Counted from the first letter of the stretch, positions 35,778-45,817 are shown. The stretch is DNA of 64,000 nucleotides from Anaerolineae bacterium (GCA_036172345.1 JASFBB010000180.1:13946-77945); one strand, 5' to 3'. Program-made: numbers and translations. The notes: generated by a model from the letters alone, not told the origin.

Positions 35778-38700
35778 ATGGAGAAAGTCCTTATGGAAAT
35801 CACCCTGAATGTCAATGGTGAGGACAGGTCATTTCAGATAGCGCCGGACGACACGTTGCTGAGCGTCCTGCGCCGTGAAGGCTACCTCGGCGCCAAATAT
35901 GGCTGTGGCGATGGCAGCTGTGGGGCATGTACCGTTCTGGTGGACGGGGTCGCACGCACCAGTTGTACTATGCTCGCTTTACAGGCGGCGGGTGCTCACA
36001 TCACCACGATCGAGGGACTGACGAGCATCTCTGCACAGGGAGAGGGACCCACTGTAGGTTGGCGCGGCTATATCGCGTTGCACCCCTTGCAGCGCGCTTT
36101 TGTGGAGACAGGGGCGATCCAGTGCGGCTACTGCACTCCAGCTATGATTCTAGCGGCGAAAGCTCTGCTCGACCGGGAACCCAACCCCACACCAGGACAG
36201 GTGCGCGATGCCCTCAGCGGAGTTCTGTGCCGCTGCACCGGTTACGTCAAACCTGTGCAAGCGGTGCTGCGTGCCGCCGCCTGGCTGCGCGGTGAGGCGG
36301 TGCCACCTTTGGAGGAAAAGAGCCCCGAATGGGAGTATCCATCCGGTGAGGTGATCCAGCTTCCTGAACAAACCATGCCCCCTTTTGACGAGGGATTGCA
36401 GCCGAGCGCAGCCGGAGGGCTAAGGCCTGGAGTGCGAGGCGATGTGCAAACTAGCACACCATCCATCCTGATGGCTACGACGCATCAGGGGACATGGCGC
36501 GTGGTGGGCAAACCGGAGCCCAAGGTGGATGCGGTGAAGCTGGCGCAAGGGCGTCCCGCTTTCGCCGGCGACTTGCAGTTGCGTGGTATGCTGGTGGGTA
36601 AGCTGCTCCGCAGTCCTCACCCCCATGCGCGCATCCGCCGCATTGATGCCAGCAAGGCGCGTGCCCTGCCTGGTGTGCACGCTGTGCTCACCTTTGAGGA
36701 TGTGCCGCGGGTGGTGTACTCCACCGCCGGCCAGAGCCATCCCATCCCCGGCCCCCTCGACCGGGTCAGCTTTGACAACAAAGTGCGTTTTGTGGGTGAC
36801 CGCGTCGCGGCTGTGGCGGCGGAGAGCGAGGAGATCGCCGAGGAGGCTCTCAAGCTGATCGAAGTGGAGTATGAGCCCTTGCCCGCCATCCTGGACGCGC
36901 GTCAAGCACTGGATCATCCAGTGGTCATCCACGATGAGCCGGACTATGTCGGGTTCGGTCACTCTGATCCGCGGCGCAATCTCGCTGCCCAGCTGCACAT
37001 CGAGCTGGGAGACGTTGATGCAGCTATGCAAGAGGCGGATCGGATTTTTGAGGCGGAGTACAGCGTGCCGCGCGTGCAGCAAACACCCATCGAACCTTAT
37101 GTGTGTGTCACTTACTGGGATGAGGACGATCGCCTCACCTTTTACACCTCAACCCAGGTGCCCTTTCACATCCGGCGTATCCTCTCACCTGTGTTGGGGT
37201 TGCCAGTACGCCGTATGCGCGTCATCAAGCCGCGCATCGGGGGAGGCTTTGGCAACAAGCAAGAGGTAATGATCGAGGATGCTTGTGCGCATCTGACGAT
37301 TGCCACTGGCCGACCGGTGAGGATGGTATACACGCGTGAGGAGCAATTTGTCAGCAGCACGACGCGCCATGCGATGATCCTGCGTCTTCGCACCGGCGTG
37401 ACGCGCAATGGTCGCATTGTGGCGCAGGAGATGCGTGTGCTGAGCGATACAGGCGCCTATGGCAACCACGCGCTTACCGTCACCGGCAATACGGGCCATA
37501 AGGCGCTCTCGCTCTACAATGTGCCCAACATCCGCTTCCACGCAGACGTGGTCTATACGAATCTGCCGACCGCCGGTGCCTATCGTGGCTATGGAGTGCC
37601 CCAGGGATTTTGGGCGGTGGAGACCCATATGGAATGGATTTGCCGCGAGATGGGCTGGGATCCGTTGGAGTTTCGCCTGAAAAACGCTATCAAAGCGGGC
37701 GACGAACACCCCATGAGCAAGGCGTGGAGTGAGGGGCGCGCGCCCAATCCAGAGACGATCCAGAGCTGTGCCCTGGAAGAGGCGGCCCGTTTGGGTGCTG
37801 CCCGTTTCGGTTTCCGCGCCGCGCGTGACGGTGGGGATTACCACATCGTGCCGGGCAAGCCACATCTGCATCGTGGACACGGGGTCGCTCTGGTGATGCA
37901 AGGGACTGCTATCCCCTACCTCGATATGGGTGCGGCCAGCATCAAGATGAACGATGATGGCAGCTTCAATCTCCTGATCGGCGCCACCGACCTGGGCACC
38001 GGCTCGGACACCGTGATTGCGCAAATGGTGGCAGAGGTGCTCGGTTGTCGGTTGGAGGACATCATCGTCTATTCGTCGGATACCGATATGACCCCCTTCG
38101 ACAAAGGAGCTTATGCCAGCAGCACCACGTATATCAGCGGTGGTGCCGCCGTGCGGGCGGCGGAACAGGTTGCGGCACAAATACGGGAACGCGCTGCCCT
38201 GATGTTCAATGCTGCCCGCCCGGCCGATGTAGCACCCATCATGGCGGACGACATCGAGCTGCATGATCGGCATGCTTGGGCACCAGATGGACGCAGTCTG
38301 ACATTGCAAGAGATCGCTTTGCATTCTTTGCACACTCAAGATCAGCGTCAGATTATGGGCATTGGCTCCTTTGTCAGCCCTGTCAGCCCCCCTCCTTTTG
38401 CTGCCCAGTTCGCCGAGGTCACGGTGGACACCGAGACCGGCCAAGTCACCGTAGAGCGGTTGCTGATGGCTCTGGATTGCGGAGTGATCGTTAACCCGGT
38501 CACGGCAGGTGGTCAAGTCGAGGGTGGCATGACCCAGGCACTCGGCTATGCGGTGAGCGAAGAGATGGCCTTCGATGGACACGGTCGCATGCTCAATCCG
38601 CGCTTCGGGGACTATCACATCTTCAGCGCCGACGAAATGCCTGACATGCAGGTGTTGTTCGTGCCATCCTACGAGCCGAGCCATCCGTTCGGCGTCAAAG

Positions 38701-38837
38701 CGGTAGCCGAGATACCCTTGGACGGTGTAGCGCCGGCGGTGGGCAATGCGGTGACAGACGCAACTGGCCTCTTCATCCGCGATATTCCGCTGACACCTGA
38801 GAAGGTGTGGCGTGCGTTGCACAAAGTAGGCGCATAA
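35778..38837 (+). CDS. Fused [2Fe-2S] small subunit + molybdopterin-binding large subunit of a xanthine dehydrogenase/aldehyde oxidoreductase-family enzyme
   Basis: 1019 aa. N-terminus GCGDGSCGACTVLVDG and QCGYCTPAMI...CRCTGY (two 2Fe-2S sites). After the linker come the a/b hammerhead and Moco domains (GGGFGNK, AYRGYGVPQ, GGQVEGGMTQALG, PFGVKAVAE). Confidence 0.9.
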   Translation: MEKVLMEITLNVNGEDRSFQIAPDDTLLSVLRREGYLGAKYGCGDGSCGACTVLVDGVARTSCTMLALQAAGAHITTIEGLTSISAQGEGPTVGWRGYIALHPLQRAFVETGAIQCGYCTPAMILAAKALLDREPNPTPGQVRDALSGVLCRCTGYVKPVQAVLRAAAWLRGEAVPPLEEKSPEWEYPSGEVIQLPEQTMPPFDEGLQPSAAGGLRPGVRGDVQTSTPSILMATTHQGTWRVVGKPEPKVDAVKLAQGRPAFAGDLQLRGMLVGKLLRSPHPHARIRRIDASKARALPGVHAVLTFEDVPRVVYSTAGQSHPIPGPLDRVSFDNKVRFVGDRVAAVAAESEEIAEEALKLIEVEYEPLPAILDARQALDHPVVIHDEPDYVGFGHSDPRRNLAAQLHIELGDVDAAMQEADRIFEAEYSVPRVQQTPIEPYVCVTYWDEDDRLTFYTSTQVPFHIRRILSPVLGLPVRRMRVIKPRIGGGFGNKQEVMIEDACAHLTIATGRPVRMVYTREEQFVSSTTRHAMILRLRTGVTRNGRIVAQEMRVLSDTGAYGNHALTVTGNTGHKALSLYNVPNIRFHADVVYTNLPTAGAYRGYGVPQGFWAVETHMEWICREMGWDPLEFRLKNAIKAGDEHPMSKAWSEGRAPNPETIQSCALEEAARLGAARFGFRAARDGGDYHIVPGKPHLHRGHGVALVMQGTAIPYLDMGAASIKMNDDGSFNLLIGATDLGTGSDTVIAQMVAEVLGCRLEDIIVYSSDTDMTPFDKGAYASSTTYISGGAAVRAAEQVAAQIRERAALMFNAARPADVAPIMADDIELHDRHAWAPDGRSLTLQEIALHSLHTQDQRQIMGIGSFVSPVSPPPFAAQFAEVTVDTETGQVTVERLLMALDCGVIVNPVTAGGQVEGGMTQALGYAVSEEMAFDGHGRMLNPRFGDYHIFSADEMPDMQVLFVPSYEPSHPFGVKAVAEIPLDGVAPAVGNAVTDATGLFIRDIPLTPEKVWRALHKVGA

Positions 38838-39403
38838 TGGAACATAAGCAGGATCATTCCAGCACACGCCCGATCAAACTGCCACCACATCCCTCAAGCT
38901 TCTACGACGAAGAAACCGCTATGCGTGCCCTGGGCAGTGGTGCTTTTAAGGCTGGCGCAGCCGGCGTTCTCGCTATGGCATTGCTGATGTTGATCAGCTT
39001 GGTCGACATCCCGCTGTTGCTATGCTTGGTGATCCCCGGGTTTGTCTTAATCCTGATAGCTACTGGAATGCTGGCCGGGTTATTGTCTAACGAGCGGCTG
39101 AACTCTCCTGGGCAGGCGCGGCGAGCTGGGTTGCTGGCTGGGCTCGTCACCGGTTTAGGGGCCGCTTTTGTGGCTATGGTGCTGGCGGCACTTGGATTGA
39201 TGTTCGCCAATCTAGGTGAAGGGGTGCGTGCCCAGTTTACACCTGGGCAGCTGCAGAATCTGGCCGCAATAGGTATCAGCCCGCAGACGGTGCGCATCGC
39301 AGGGGCCGTTTTCTTCGCACTGCTCCTCTGGGGGGTCTTCGGCACTATCGTTGCCGTGGTGCTGGGGATGTTGGGAGCCCAGCTGTATTACCGACTGCGA
39401 TAG
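38837..39403 (+). CDS. Four-TM membrane protein, translationally coupled to the molybdoenzyme (hypothetical)
   Basis: ATG overlaps the upstream stop (TAATG). 188 aa with a hydrophilic N-terminus and about 4 hydrophobic helices rich in G/A/L. No recognisable family. Confidence 0.6.
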   Translation: MEHKQDHSSTRPIKLPPHPSSFYDEETAMRALGSGAFKAGAAGVLAMALLMLISLVDIPLLLCLVIPGFVLILIATGMLAGLLSNERLNSPGQARRAGLLAGLVTGLGAAFVAMVLAALGLMFANLGEGVRAQFTPGQLQNLAAIGISPQTVRIAGAVFFALLLWGVFGTIVAVVLGMLGAQLYYRLR

Positions 39404-39417
39404 CAGTGCAACAGAGA

Positions 39418-40044
39418 CTATCCCTGTTCTAGGACCAGACGACGGATAAGGGGCAACGCAGCCTGGAGAGCGCGCGCACGGTGGCTGACGCGATTCTTGA
39501 CGGCGGGTTCGAGCTGGGCCATAGTACAACCGAATTCGGGGAGATAGAAAATCGGGTCATAACCAAAACCGTGCTCGCCCTGAGGGTGCCAGTCAATATA
39601 GCCTTCCACGTTCCCGTCGGCCGTCTCGCAGCGACCATCCGGCAAGGCGATCGCTACCACGCAACGGAAGCGCGCGGTGCGCTGTGGCCACGGGACGTTT
39701 TGGAGCTGCTGCAGCACCAGGGCAATGCGCTGGACATCCTGGCCGCGCTCGGTGCCACCGTACCGTGCCGAGTGAACACCAGGCGCGCCGCCCAGCGCGT
39801 CGATTTCCAAACCTGAGTCATCGGCCAGCGTGGGCAATCCGCTATGGGCGGCGAAGAGGCGCGCCTTGAAAACGGCGTTTTCGGCAAAGGTGTGGCCACT
39901 CTCTTGCGGCTCAAGGGCGATGTTGGCTTCCGAGAGGCTGACAATCTCCAAGGGAAAGTCGGGCCACAAATTGCGCAACAGATCACGAAACTCGCGCAGC
40001 TTGCCTGGGTTGTTGGTGGCGATCAAGAGGGATTTCACGTGCAT
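39418..40044 (-). CDS. rdgB: Non-canonical purine NTP (dITP/XTP) pyrophosphatase
   Basis: 208 aa. LIATNNPGKLREF, TFAENAVFKA, DDSGLEIDALGGAPGVHSARY and FGYDPIF are Ham1/RdgB signatures. Confidence 0.9.
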   Translation of the reverse strand: MHVKSLLIATNNPGKLREFRDLLRNLWPDFPLEIVSLSEANIALEPQESGHTFAENAVFKARLFAAHSGLPTLADDSGLEIDALGGAPGVHSARYGGTERGQDVQRIALVLQQLQNVPWPQRTARFRCVVAIALPDGRCETADGNVEGYIDWHPQGEHGFGYDPIFYLPEFGCTMAQLEPAVKNRVSHRARALQAALPLIRRLVLEQG

Positions 40045-40059
40045 CAGGATAGCTCCATC

Positions 40060-40677
40060 ATGGATATGACCACCATTTTGTTAATTCGTCATGGTCAGAC
40101 GGCTTGGAATCGAGAACAACGCTTTCGCGGCCAGGTCGAGGTGCCGCTGGATGAGACGGGGCTGCTCCAGGCCGCTGCGTTGGGACGGCGCATCGCGGCC
40201 GCCTGGAGACCAGCGGCGATCTATGCCAGCCCTTTGCGACGGACGCTCCAAACCGCAACCTCGATAGCCCAAGCGTGCGGTCTTGAGGTAATTCCCCATG
40301 CAGGATTGCTGGATATCAACTTCGGCGCCTGCAGCGGTTTGTCCGAAGCAGAATTTGCCGCGCGCTATCCGCAGCTGGCAGCTGCCTGGTGTGAGCGCCC
40401 ACGCACAGTGCGTTTCCCTGAAGGTGAATCGCTGGCAGACGTACATCAGCGTGTCGTTGGTGTGTTGAATGAGGTGATCGCGCATTATCCGGATCACACA
40501 GTGGTGCTGGTAACCCACCTGGTCGTGTGTCGTGTTCTGTTATGCCACTTCTTGGGTCTCGATACTGACCATTTCTGGGAATTTGAGCCGGCGCCTGCTT
40601 CGCTCAGTGTGCTGGAAATTGCCACCCGTGGGCGCCTGCTGCGCACGCTCAATGACACGGCCCATCTGCACGCGTGA
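40060..40677 (+). CDS. Histidine phosphatase family protein (phosphoglycerate mutase-like)
   Basis: Internal ATG. ILLIRHGQTAWN (RHG motif), a second catalytic His in VLVTHLVV. The ORF-track N-terminal extension (from 39844) is antisense to rdgB and implausible. Confidence 0.85.
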   Translation: MDMTTILLIRHGQTAWNREQRFRGQVEVPLDETGLLQAAALGRRIAAAWRPAAIYASPLRRTLQTATSIAQACGLEVIPHAGLLDINFGACSGLSEAEFAARYPQLAAAWCERPRTVRFPEGESLADVHQRVVGVLNEVIAHYPDHTVVLVTHLVVCRVLLCHFLGLDTDHFWEFEPAPASLSVLEIATRGRLLRTLNDTAHLHA

Positions 40678-40889
40678 TTCCCGGTCCGGTTTCCTTTCTG
40701 GGCTTGATATGCGATGTCCCAAATTATCGCCCTGGATTTCGCCATTGGCAAAAATGGATCTCCTTTTTCAAGATCCCTTCACCGCCTGATGACGGTCTCT
40801 TGGCGCATCCCTTGTTCTCTTTGCTTACGTTACCATTAGGATATATAATGAATAGGTTAGGATGAATATTGCGTGTCTGGAGTGGAATT

Positions 40890-41996
40890 ATGCCGAGAGT
40901 GTTTCCGTTCACTGCTATCGTTGGACAACGCCGAATGATAACCGCCTTGATCTTAAATGCCATCAGCCCTCAGATCGGCGGTGTGCTGATCCGAGGCGAA
41001 CGCGGCACCGCCAAGAGCACGGCAGCGCGCGCGCTTGCTTCCCTGCTGCCTGAGATCGAGGTGGTGGCCGATTGTCCGTTTAGCTGTGATCCCTATCGCG
41101 CTGATCGCCAATGTGACAACTGTCGCGAGCGCGTACAGCGCGGCGAGGAGCTGCCGGTGGCACGACGACGTACTCGCTTCGTAGACCTTCCGGTCAGTGC
41201 CACCGAAGATCGTGTGGTCGGGACGCTGGACATCGAGCTGGCGATCAAGAAAGGTGAGCGTCACTTCGAGCCCGGTATCCTGGCTGCCGCCAACCGTGGG
41301 TTGCTCTACGTGGATGAGGTGAACCTGCTCGATGACCACGTAGTTGACCTCTTGCTCGACTCTGCTGCTATGGGGATCAACGTGGTCGAGCGAGAAGGTA
41401 TCTCTTTCTCCCATCCGGCGCGCTTTATCCTGGTGGGCACGATGAACCCGGAGGAGGGTGACCTGCGGCCACAGCTGTTGGATCGCTTTGCTCTGTGCGT
41501 GGACATTCAGAGCATCCATCAGACTGAGGAGCGCGTTGAAATTCTCAAGCGTATCGTCCAATTTGAACGCGACCCTGAGCGTTTCTACCAGGAGTGGGAA
41601 CCGCGCGAACGCGAACTATCTCAACGCATCGAACGCGCACGTCTTCAGGTGGCCGATGTGCGTTACACCCCGGATGACCTCTACGCCATTGCCCATCTGA
41701 CCAGTGAGGTGCGTGTGGACGGCCACCGTGCCGACATTGTGATCCTGAAAACCGCGATCGCACATGCGGCGTACTACGAACGTCCCCAGATCACCGATGA
41801 GGATATCCTGATCGCCGCCGAGCTGGCATTGCCCCATCGGCTCAAACGGCAACCGTTCCAGGACACCGAGATGCGCTTCCAGGAGTTGGCCGACCAGCTG
41901 GCGCAGGCACGCCGAGAGACAAGCCAGCCCGGGCGGGAAAAACCGACTGAGAGCATGTCCCTTATCGAGGAAAAAAAAACGTTAGTGAGGTGGTAG
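40890..41996 (+). CDS. Magnesium-chelatase subunit I-type AAA+ ATPase (ChlI/BchI-like)
   Basis: Start MPRVFPFTAIVGQRRMITALILNAISPQIGGVLIRGERGTAKST (Walker A). Walker B LLYVDEVNLLDDHVVD. Cys cluster CPFSCDP...CDNC. RFILVGTMNPEEGDLRPQLLDRF. Confidence 0.85.
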   Translation: MPRVFPFTAIVGQRRMITALILNAISPQIGGVLIRGERGTAKSTAARALASLLPEIEVVADCPFSCDPYRADRQCDNCRERVQRGEELPVARRRTRFVDLPVSATEDRVVGTLDIELAIKKGERHFEPGILAAANRGLLYVDEVNLLDDHVVDLLLDSAAMGINVVEREGISFSHPARFILVGTMNPEEGDLRPQLLDRFALCVDIQSIHQTEERVEILKRIVQFERDPERFYQEWEPRERELSQRIERARLQVADVRYTPDDLYAIAHLTSEVRVDGHRADIVILKTAIAHAAYYERPQITDEDILIAAELALPHRLKRQPFQDTEMRFQELADQLAQARRETSQPGREKPTESMSLIEEKKTLVRW

Positions 41997-42931
41997 GCGG
42001 CGAGCAACAGATCACCGCGCCGCCACTTTCCTCTCTGCCGCTTAATCCGCACAGCCTCCCGCCAACGGGCAATGAGCGCCCCTACGAGATGGCGGTCGCG
42101 GTCGGCGATGCTTTTCGACCTAGAAAATTGCAGACCCCGCTCGACCGTATGACGCGCAACCAGGCCGGCAAACGCAGCCGCACTGCGACCGAACGCAAAC
42201 GCGGCCGCTATGTTCAAGCCCGTCCGGCAAATGGTGACAGCTCCGACATCGCCTTCGATGCCACATTCCGCGCCGCAGCCCCCTTCCAGGTACATCGGCA
42301 GCACGACAGCAGCGCTATCGCTATCGAGAAGTCCGACCTGCAGCGTAAAGTGCGCGTGCGCCGTGCCGCCAATCTGATCTTGTTCGTCGTGGATGCCAGC
42401 TGGAGCATGGCGGCAGCGGAACGGATGGAAGCGACTAAAGGGGCGATCATGTCTTTGTTGCTGGATGCTTATCAGCGTCGCGATCAGGTCGGGCTGGTGG
42501 TCTTCCAAAAGGAGGAGGCGCGTCTGGTGTTGCCACCCACCTCAAGTGTGGAGCTGGCTAAACGCAAGCTAGCTGATGTGCCGGTAGGTGGCAAGACCCC
42601 CCTTTCCGCCGGGCTACTGTTGGCTTACCGGGTGCTGCGCCGTGAGATGCGCGCCCATCCAGAAACTATGCCTTTGTTGATCCTCCTCACCGATGGAGCC
42701 GCCAACGTCTCGGTGACCGGTATGCCAGCACAGGAAGAGGCACACCGCGTGGCCGAGATGATCCGCAAGGCGCACATCCGCGCTGTGGTGATCAATATGG
42801 AGCACGCTTCGTTTGATCGGGGTCTTGCCCAGGCGCTGGCCGATGCGATGGGAGCACCCTGTTACACCTTGCATCAGCTGCGCGCCGATGCCCTTTACCG
42901 CACCGTGCGCAGCGAGATGGTACCCGCCTAG
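41990..42931 (+). CDS. VWA-domain protein equivalent to the C-terminal half of ChlD/BchD (no AAA+ module)
   Basis: 313 aa. DATFRAAAPFQ, MIDAS FVVDASWSMAAAERMEATKGA, DQVGLVVFQKEEARLVLPPTSS, GGKTPLSAGL, LLTDGAANV. Overlaps the ChlI-like stop by 7 nt. Confidence 0.8.
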   Translation: MVGGEQQITAPPLSSLPLNPHSLPPTGNERPYEMAVAVGDAFRPRKLQTPLDRMTRNQAGKRSRTATERKRGRYVQARPANGDSSDIAFDATFRAAAPFQVHRQHDSSAIAIEKSDLQRKVRVRRAANLILFVVDASWSMAAAERMEATKGAIMSLLLDAYQRRDQVGLVVFQKEEARLVLPPTSSVELAKRKLADVPVGGKTPLSAGLLLAYRVLRREMRAHPETMPLLILLTDGAANVSVTGMPAQEEAHRVAEMIRKAHIRAVVINMEHASFDRGLAQALADAMGAPCYTLHQLRADALYRTVRSEMVPA

Positions 42932-43473
42932 CAGGGGAACTCGAAGGCCTCTTCCAAAGCTTTGAGTGCGTCGCGTACGCGATCGCCCTGAACGACGCAT
43001 GTGATGGTGGACATCGAGGTGCTGATGGCCTTGATGTTGATGCCGCAGCGCCCCAGCGCAGCGAACATCTGTCCGGCAATGCCGGGCCGTTGGCGAAAGT
43101 CGGGGCCAAAGATGCTGACGGTGCCCACGTTGGTCTCGTGCACTACTTCCTTCGCCTGAACCTCGCGGCGCACATCCTGGAGCAGTTCCAGAACAGTCGC
43201 CAAATCCGGGTTGCTTACACAGAAGACCACATGGTCATTCCCATCGTGATCGATAATCTGCACGACGAACGGAACGTTAATCCCATGCTCCCCCAGCGTC
43301 GAGAGGATTTTGCCCGCAATTCCCGGGCGGGATGGCATTGCTAGGACACCCACCATCGCCAACCCAGAATTATGCATCATACCACCAATGCGCACTTTTT
43401 TCACACGCTGCATCTCCCCAGGTATATTCAGCAAAGTGGCGAGCAGTGTACCACTGCTTGGGCTGAGATGCAA
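42928..43473 (-). CDS. Tandem ACT-domain protein (aspartokinase regulatory-domain-like)
   Basis: Two ACT-like repeats (AMVGVLAMPSRPGIAGKILSTLGEHGINVPFVVQ and GTVSIFGPDFRQRPGIAGQMFAALGRCGINIKAIS). Start uncertain; internal ATGs at 43413 and about 43380 are possible. The 3' end overlaps the VWA gene stop by 4 nt, convergently. Confidence 0.65.
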   Translation of the reverse strand: MHLSPSSGTLLATLLNIPGEMQRVKKVRIGGMMHNSGLAMVGVLAMPSRPGIAGKILSTLGEHGINVPFVVQIIDHDGNDHVVFCVSNPDLATVLELLQDVRREVQAKEVVHETNVGTVSIFGPDFRQRPGIAGQMFAALGRCGINIKAISTSMSTITCVVQGDRVRDALKALEEAFEFPC

Positions 43474-43521
43474 AGAGAGCGCAAAGCAAATCCTCTGCAG
43501 ATGAGCGAAGGAGCCCCAGTG

Positions 43522-45030
43522 TCACAGCTGATGGGTGATGGGCGCCACGGCCGGATAGACCGCGCGGTAGAGCGTGTATAGACGTTCATAACGCGCGGCA
43601 CGTTCCGGATCGGGTTGATACGTGCGCGTAAGGTGCAACACCTGTGCCACCGCCTGTGCAGCGTCGGCATACATACCGGCACCCACACCAGCCAGCAAAG
43701 CGGCTCCCAGGCAGGCGGCTTCGGTAACCGCCGGTTTCACCACCGGAACGCCGAGAATATCCGCTTTGAGCTGCAGCCACAGCTCCGAACGCGCTCCGCC
43801 ACCGATGGCGCGCAACTCGTTGATGGCCACACCGCCCTGGCGGAGCAGGTCTAAGTTGATGCGCAGCTCGAACGTGAGGCCTTCTAGAATCGCCTTGGCC
43901 ACATCACGCCGCGTTGTGCCGAATGTCAGACCCAACACAGCGCCTTTGGAGGCGATGTCCAACCACGGCGTGCCGCTGCCAGAAAGGTGGGGCAGGAAGA
44001 GGAGCTTTGAGGGCTCCGGGGAGGCATCCGCCAGCATCAGGTCATACGCGCTGCGCCCGCTCGCCTGCGCGCGTTGCAGCTCTCCCTCACAGAACGTGTC
44101 ACGGTACCAACGCAACACCAGCCCACCGCTGTGATTGAGCACCATAGCCAGATAGAGACCCGGTACCACGTGCGCGTACACTGAAATGTTGCCCTTGCGC
44201 AGCACTTCGTTCAGCTGTGGTGCCGGCATAGCGATTTCGACCACCTCGGCAGTGCCGGTGGAGACCATCGCCAGGCCAGGTCGGGTCAGGCCGGCACCCA
44301 GCGCGCCGCATGCCTGGTCGTGACCGCCAGTCACCACCAATGGTGGCTGCACCAGGCCCAGCTGGGTTGCCAGAGCGGGGTACATTTCACCGGCTGCCAC
44401 GCCAGATGGTTGTACCGCCGCCAGGCGCTGCGCATCCAGTCCAATGGTGGTGAGGATGTGAGACGACCAGCGATCATCCAGCAAATCATAGAGCTGGGTG
44501 CGCGATGCCAGGCAGCGGCTGATGACTGCGCGGCCGCACATCTTATGGATGAGAAAGTCTTCGTAGAGCAGAAAACGACGCGCCTGTGACCATATCTCAG
44601 CTTCATGCTGTTTCAGCCACAACAGCTTGGGGAGCGTATTGATGGTGTGGATGGGCATGCCGGTGCGCTCAAACAAATACTCCGCACCGAAGGTGGTTGC
44701 CAGCCAACGGTTTTGCTCCTCGGTGCGCGTGTCCATGCCCAGAATAGCGGGGCGCAGGGCATTGCCTTGCGCATCCACCGGGATGACCGCCTCACCTTGC
44801 ACCGATAGGCCGATGGCAGCAATCCGATTGACCCCGGCGGCAGCGATCGCCGCGCGCATCGCATCCTGGGCGTGCCGCCAGACTGATTCGGCGTCTTGCT
44901 CTGCCCACATTGGCTGTGGAATATCCACCGGGTACTCACGAGCGGTGCTGGCAAGCACCGTGCCATCCTCTGTGAAGACAATGGCCCGGCAACCCGAGGT
45001 GCCGATATCCAGTCCCATCACGTGCCTCAT
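43522..45030 (-). CDS. FGGY-family carbohydrate kinase (xylulokinase-like)
   Basis: 502 aa. [15 protein letters not shown]-terminal motif, [11 protein letters not shown], and [20 protein letters not shown]-terminal FGGY motif. Confidence 0.85.
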   Translation of the reverse strand: MRHVMGLDIGTSGCRAIVFTEDGTVLASTAREYPVDIPQPMWAEQDAESVWRHAQDAMRAAIAAAGVNRIAAIGLSVQGEAVIPVDAQGNALRPAILGMDTRTEEQNRWLATTFGAEYLFERTGMPIHTINTLPKLLWLKQHEAEIWSQARRFLLYEDFLIHKMCGRAVISRCLASRTQLYDLLDDRWSSHILTTIGLDAQRLAAVQPSGVAAGEMYPALATQLGLVQPPLVVTGGHDQACGALGAGLTRPGLAMVSTGTAEVVEIAMPAPQLNEVLRKGNISVYAHVVPGLYLAMVLNHSGGLVLRWYRDTFCEGELQRAQASGRSAYDLMLADASPEPSKLLFLPHLSGSGTPWLDIASKGAVLGLTFGTTRRDVAKAILEGLTFELRINLDLLRQGGVAINELRAIGGGARSELWLQLKADILGVPVVKPAVTEAACLGAALLAGVGAGMYADAAQAVAQVLHLTRTYQPDPERAARYERLYTLYRAVYPAVAPITHQL

Positions 45031-45033
45031 GAG

Positions 45034-45642
45034 CTATGTCCCCCTTTCTGCAGCGATACGCTTGCCCACCGCACCGCCCGGATGGGTTTCGCCGAATTGA
45101 TCTCGGGTGTACCCGCGCAGATGCAACAGGGTCACACACAATGCATCGCCAAAAGCGCAGTTCACCAGTGAGCTGCCGGTGGCGATCATGCCATAAGGAT
45201 CAACCTCGGCGGGCGCGCGGACGCACAACACTACATCGCTCTGTTGGCCCAGGGTGGACTCAGGGCGTTCGGTTATAGCGATGACCTTTGCCCCACGCCG
45301 CCTGGCGATGGACGCCAGGAAGTTCACTTCGGCGGTTTCGCCGCCCTTGGAAAGGACAATTAAGACATCTCGAGCGGTGACCGCACCGGAAAGCCCATGT
45401 TGGCTGTCGCCGGGATGGATGAACAATGCCGGCGTGCCACAACACGACAACAGATGGGCTAGACGGGCACCCACTGCGTGGGAAGTGCCCGATCCAGCGA
45501 CCAACACATGCCCCTCGCATGCAAGGAGCATCTCCACAGCCTTGATAAAATCGGGGCCGATCTGATCGACCAGGTTCGCTACCGCTTGACTTTCACGTTC
45601 GATCACAGAACGCGCGGTGTGTAGAATTTCTTCGGGGGTCAT
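45034..45642 (-). CDS. SIS-domain sugar-phosphate isomerase
   Basis: Internal ATG 45642 with RBS AGGTGA (MTPEEILHTARSVIERESQAV...). VLVAGSGTSHAVGARLAHLL, LIVLSKGGETAE. The stop lies 3 nt before the FGGY kinase start. Confidence 0.8.
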   Translation of the reverse strand: MTPEEILHTARSVIERESQAVANLVDQIGPDFIKAVEMLLACEGHVLVAGSGTSHAVGARLAHLLSCCGTPALFIHPGDSQHGLSGAVTARDVLIVLSKGGETAEVNFLASIARRRGAKVIAITERPESTLGQQSDVVLCVRAPAEVDPYGMIATGSSLVNCAFGDALCVTLLHLRGYTRDQFGETHPGGAVGKRIAAERGT

Positions 45643-45783
45643 AGGATCACCTGTCTCATTAAACTGGGGAATGGGCCTTGCTATCCTGTGCAAATTGTTG
45701 TCCCAATGTTCATGGGTGCACATTTGTTCAGCTCCATAATAGACCGTTCGCCCGACTTTGTCAATTTTTGCCCCTAGAAGGTA

Positions 45784-45817
45784 TTGACAAATAGTCTATA
45801 GTATGATATACTATAGA
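45784..45817 (+). promoter_or_regulatory. Near-consensus promoter with an overlapping perfect 10-bp inverted repeat (putative PadR operator)
   Basis: TTGACA (45784-45789), 17 nt, TATACT (45807-45812). Inverted repeat TCTATAGTAT (45795-45804) gat ATACTATAGA (45808-45817) covers the spacer and the -10. RBS AGGAGA precedes the ATG at 45843. Confidence 0.55.

Noticed and set aside
40678-40889. Cobalamin riboswitch upstream of the ChlI/VWA pair (plausible if they act as a cobaltochelatase).
   Set aside because: No B12-box-like sequence and no GC-rich multi-stem core are visible. The region is short and AT-rich, consistent with a plain promoter region.
40890-42931. Reading the ChlI/ChlD-like pair as evidence that the organism is a phototroph.
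   Set aside because: No bchH/chlH or any other (bacterio)chlorophyll gene is in the window. ChlI/ChlD-like motors also occur in non-phototrophs, for example with CobN.
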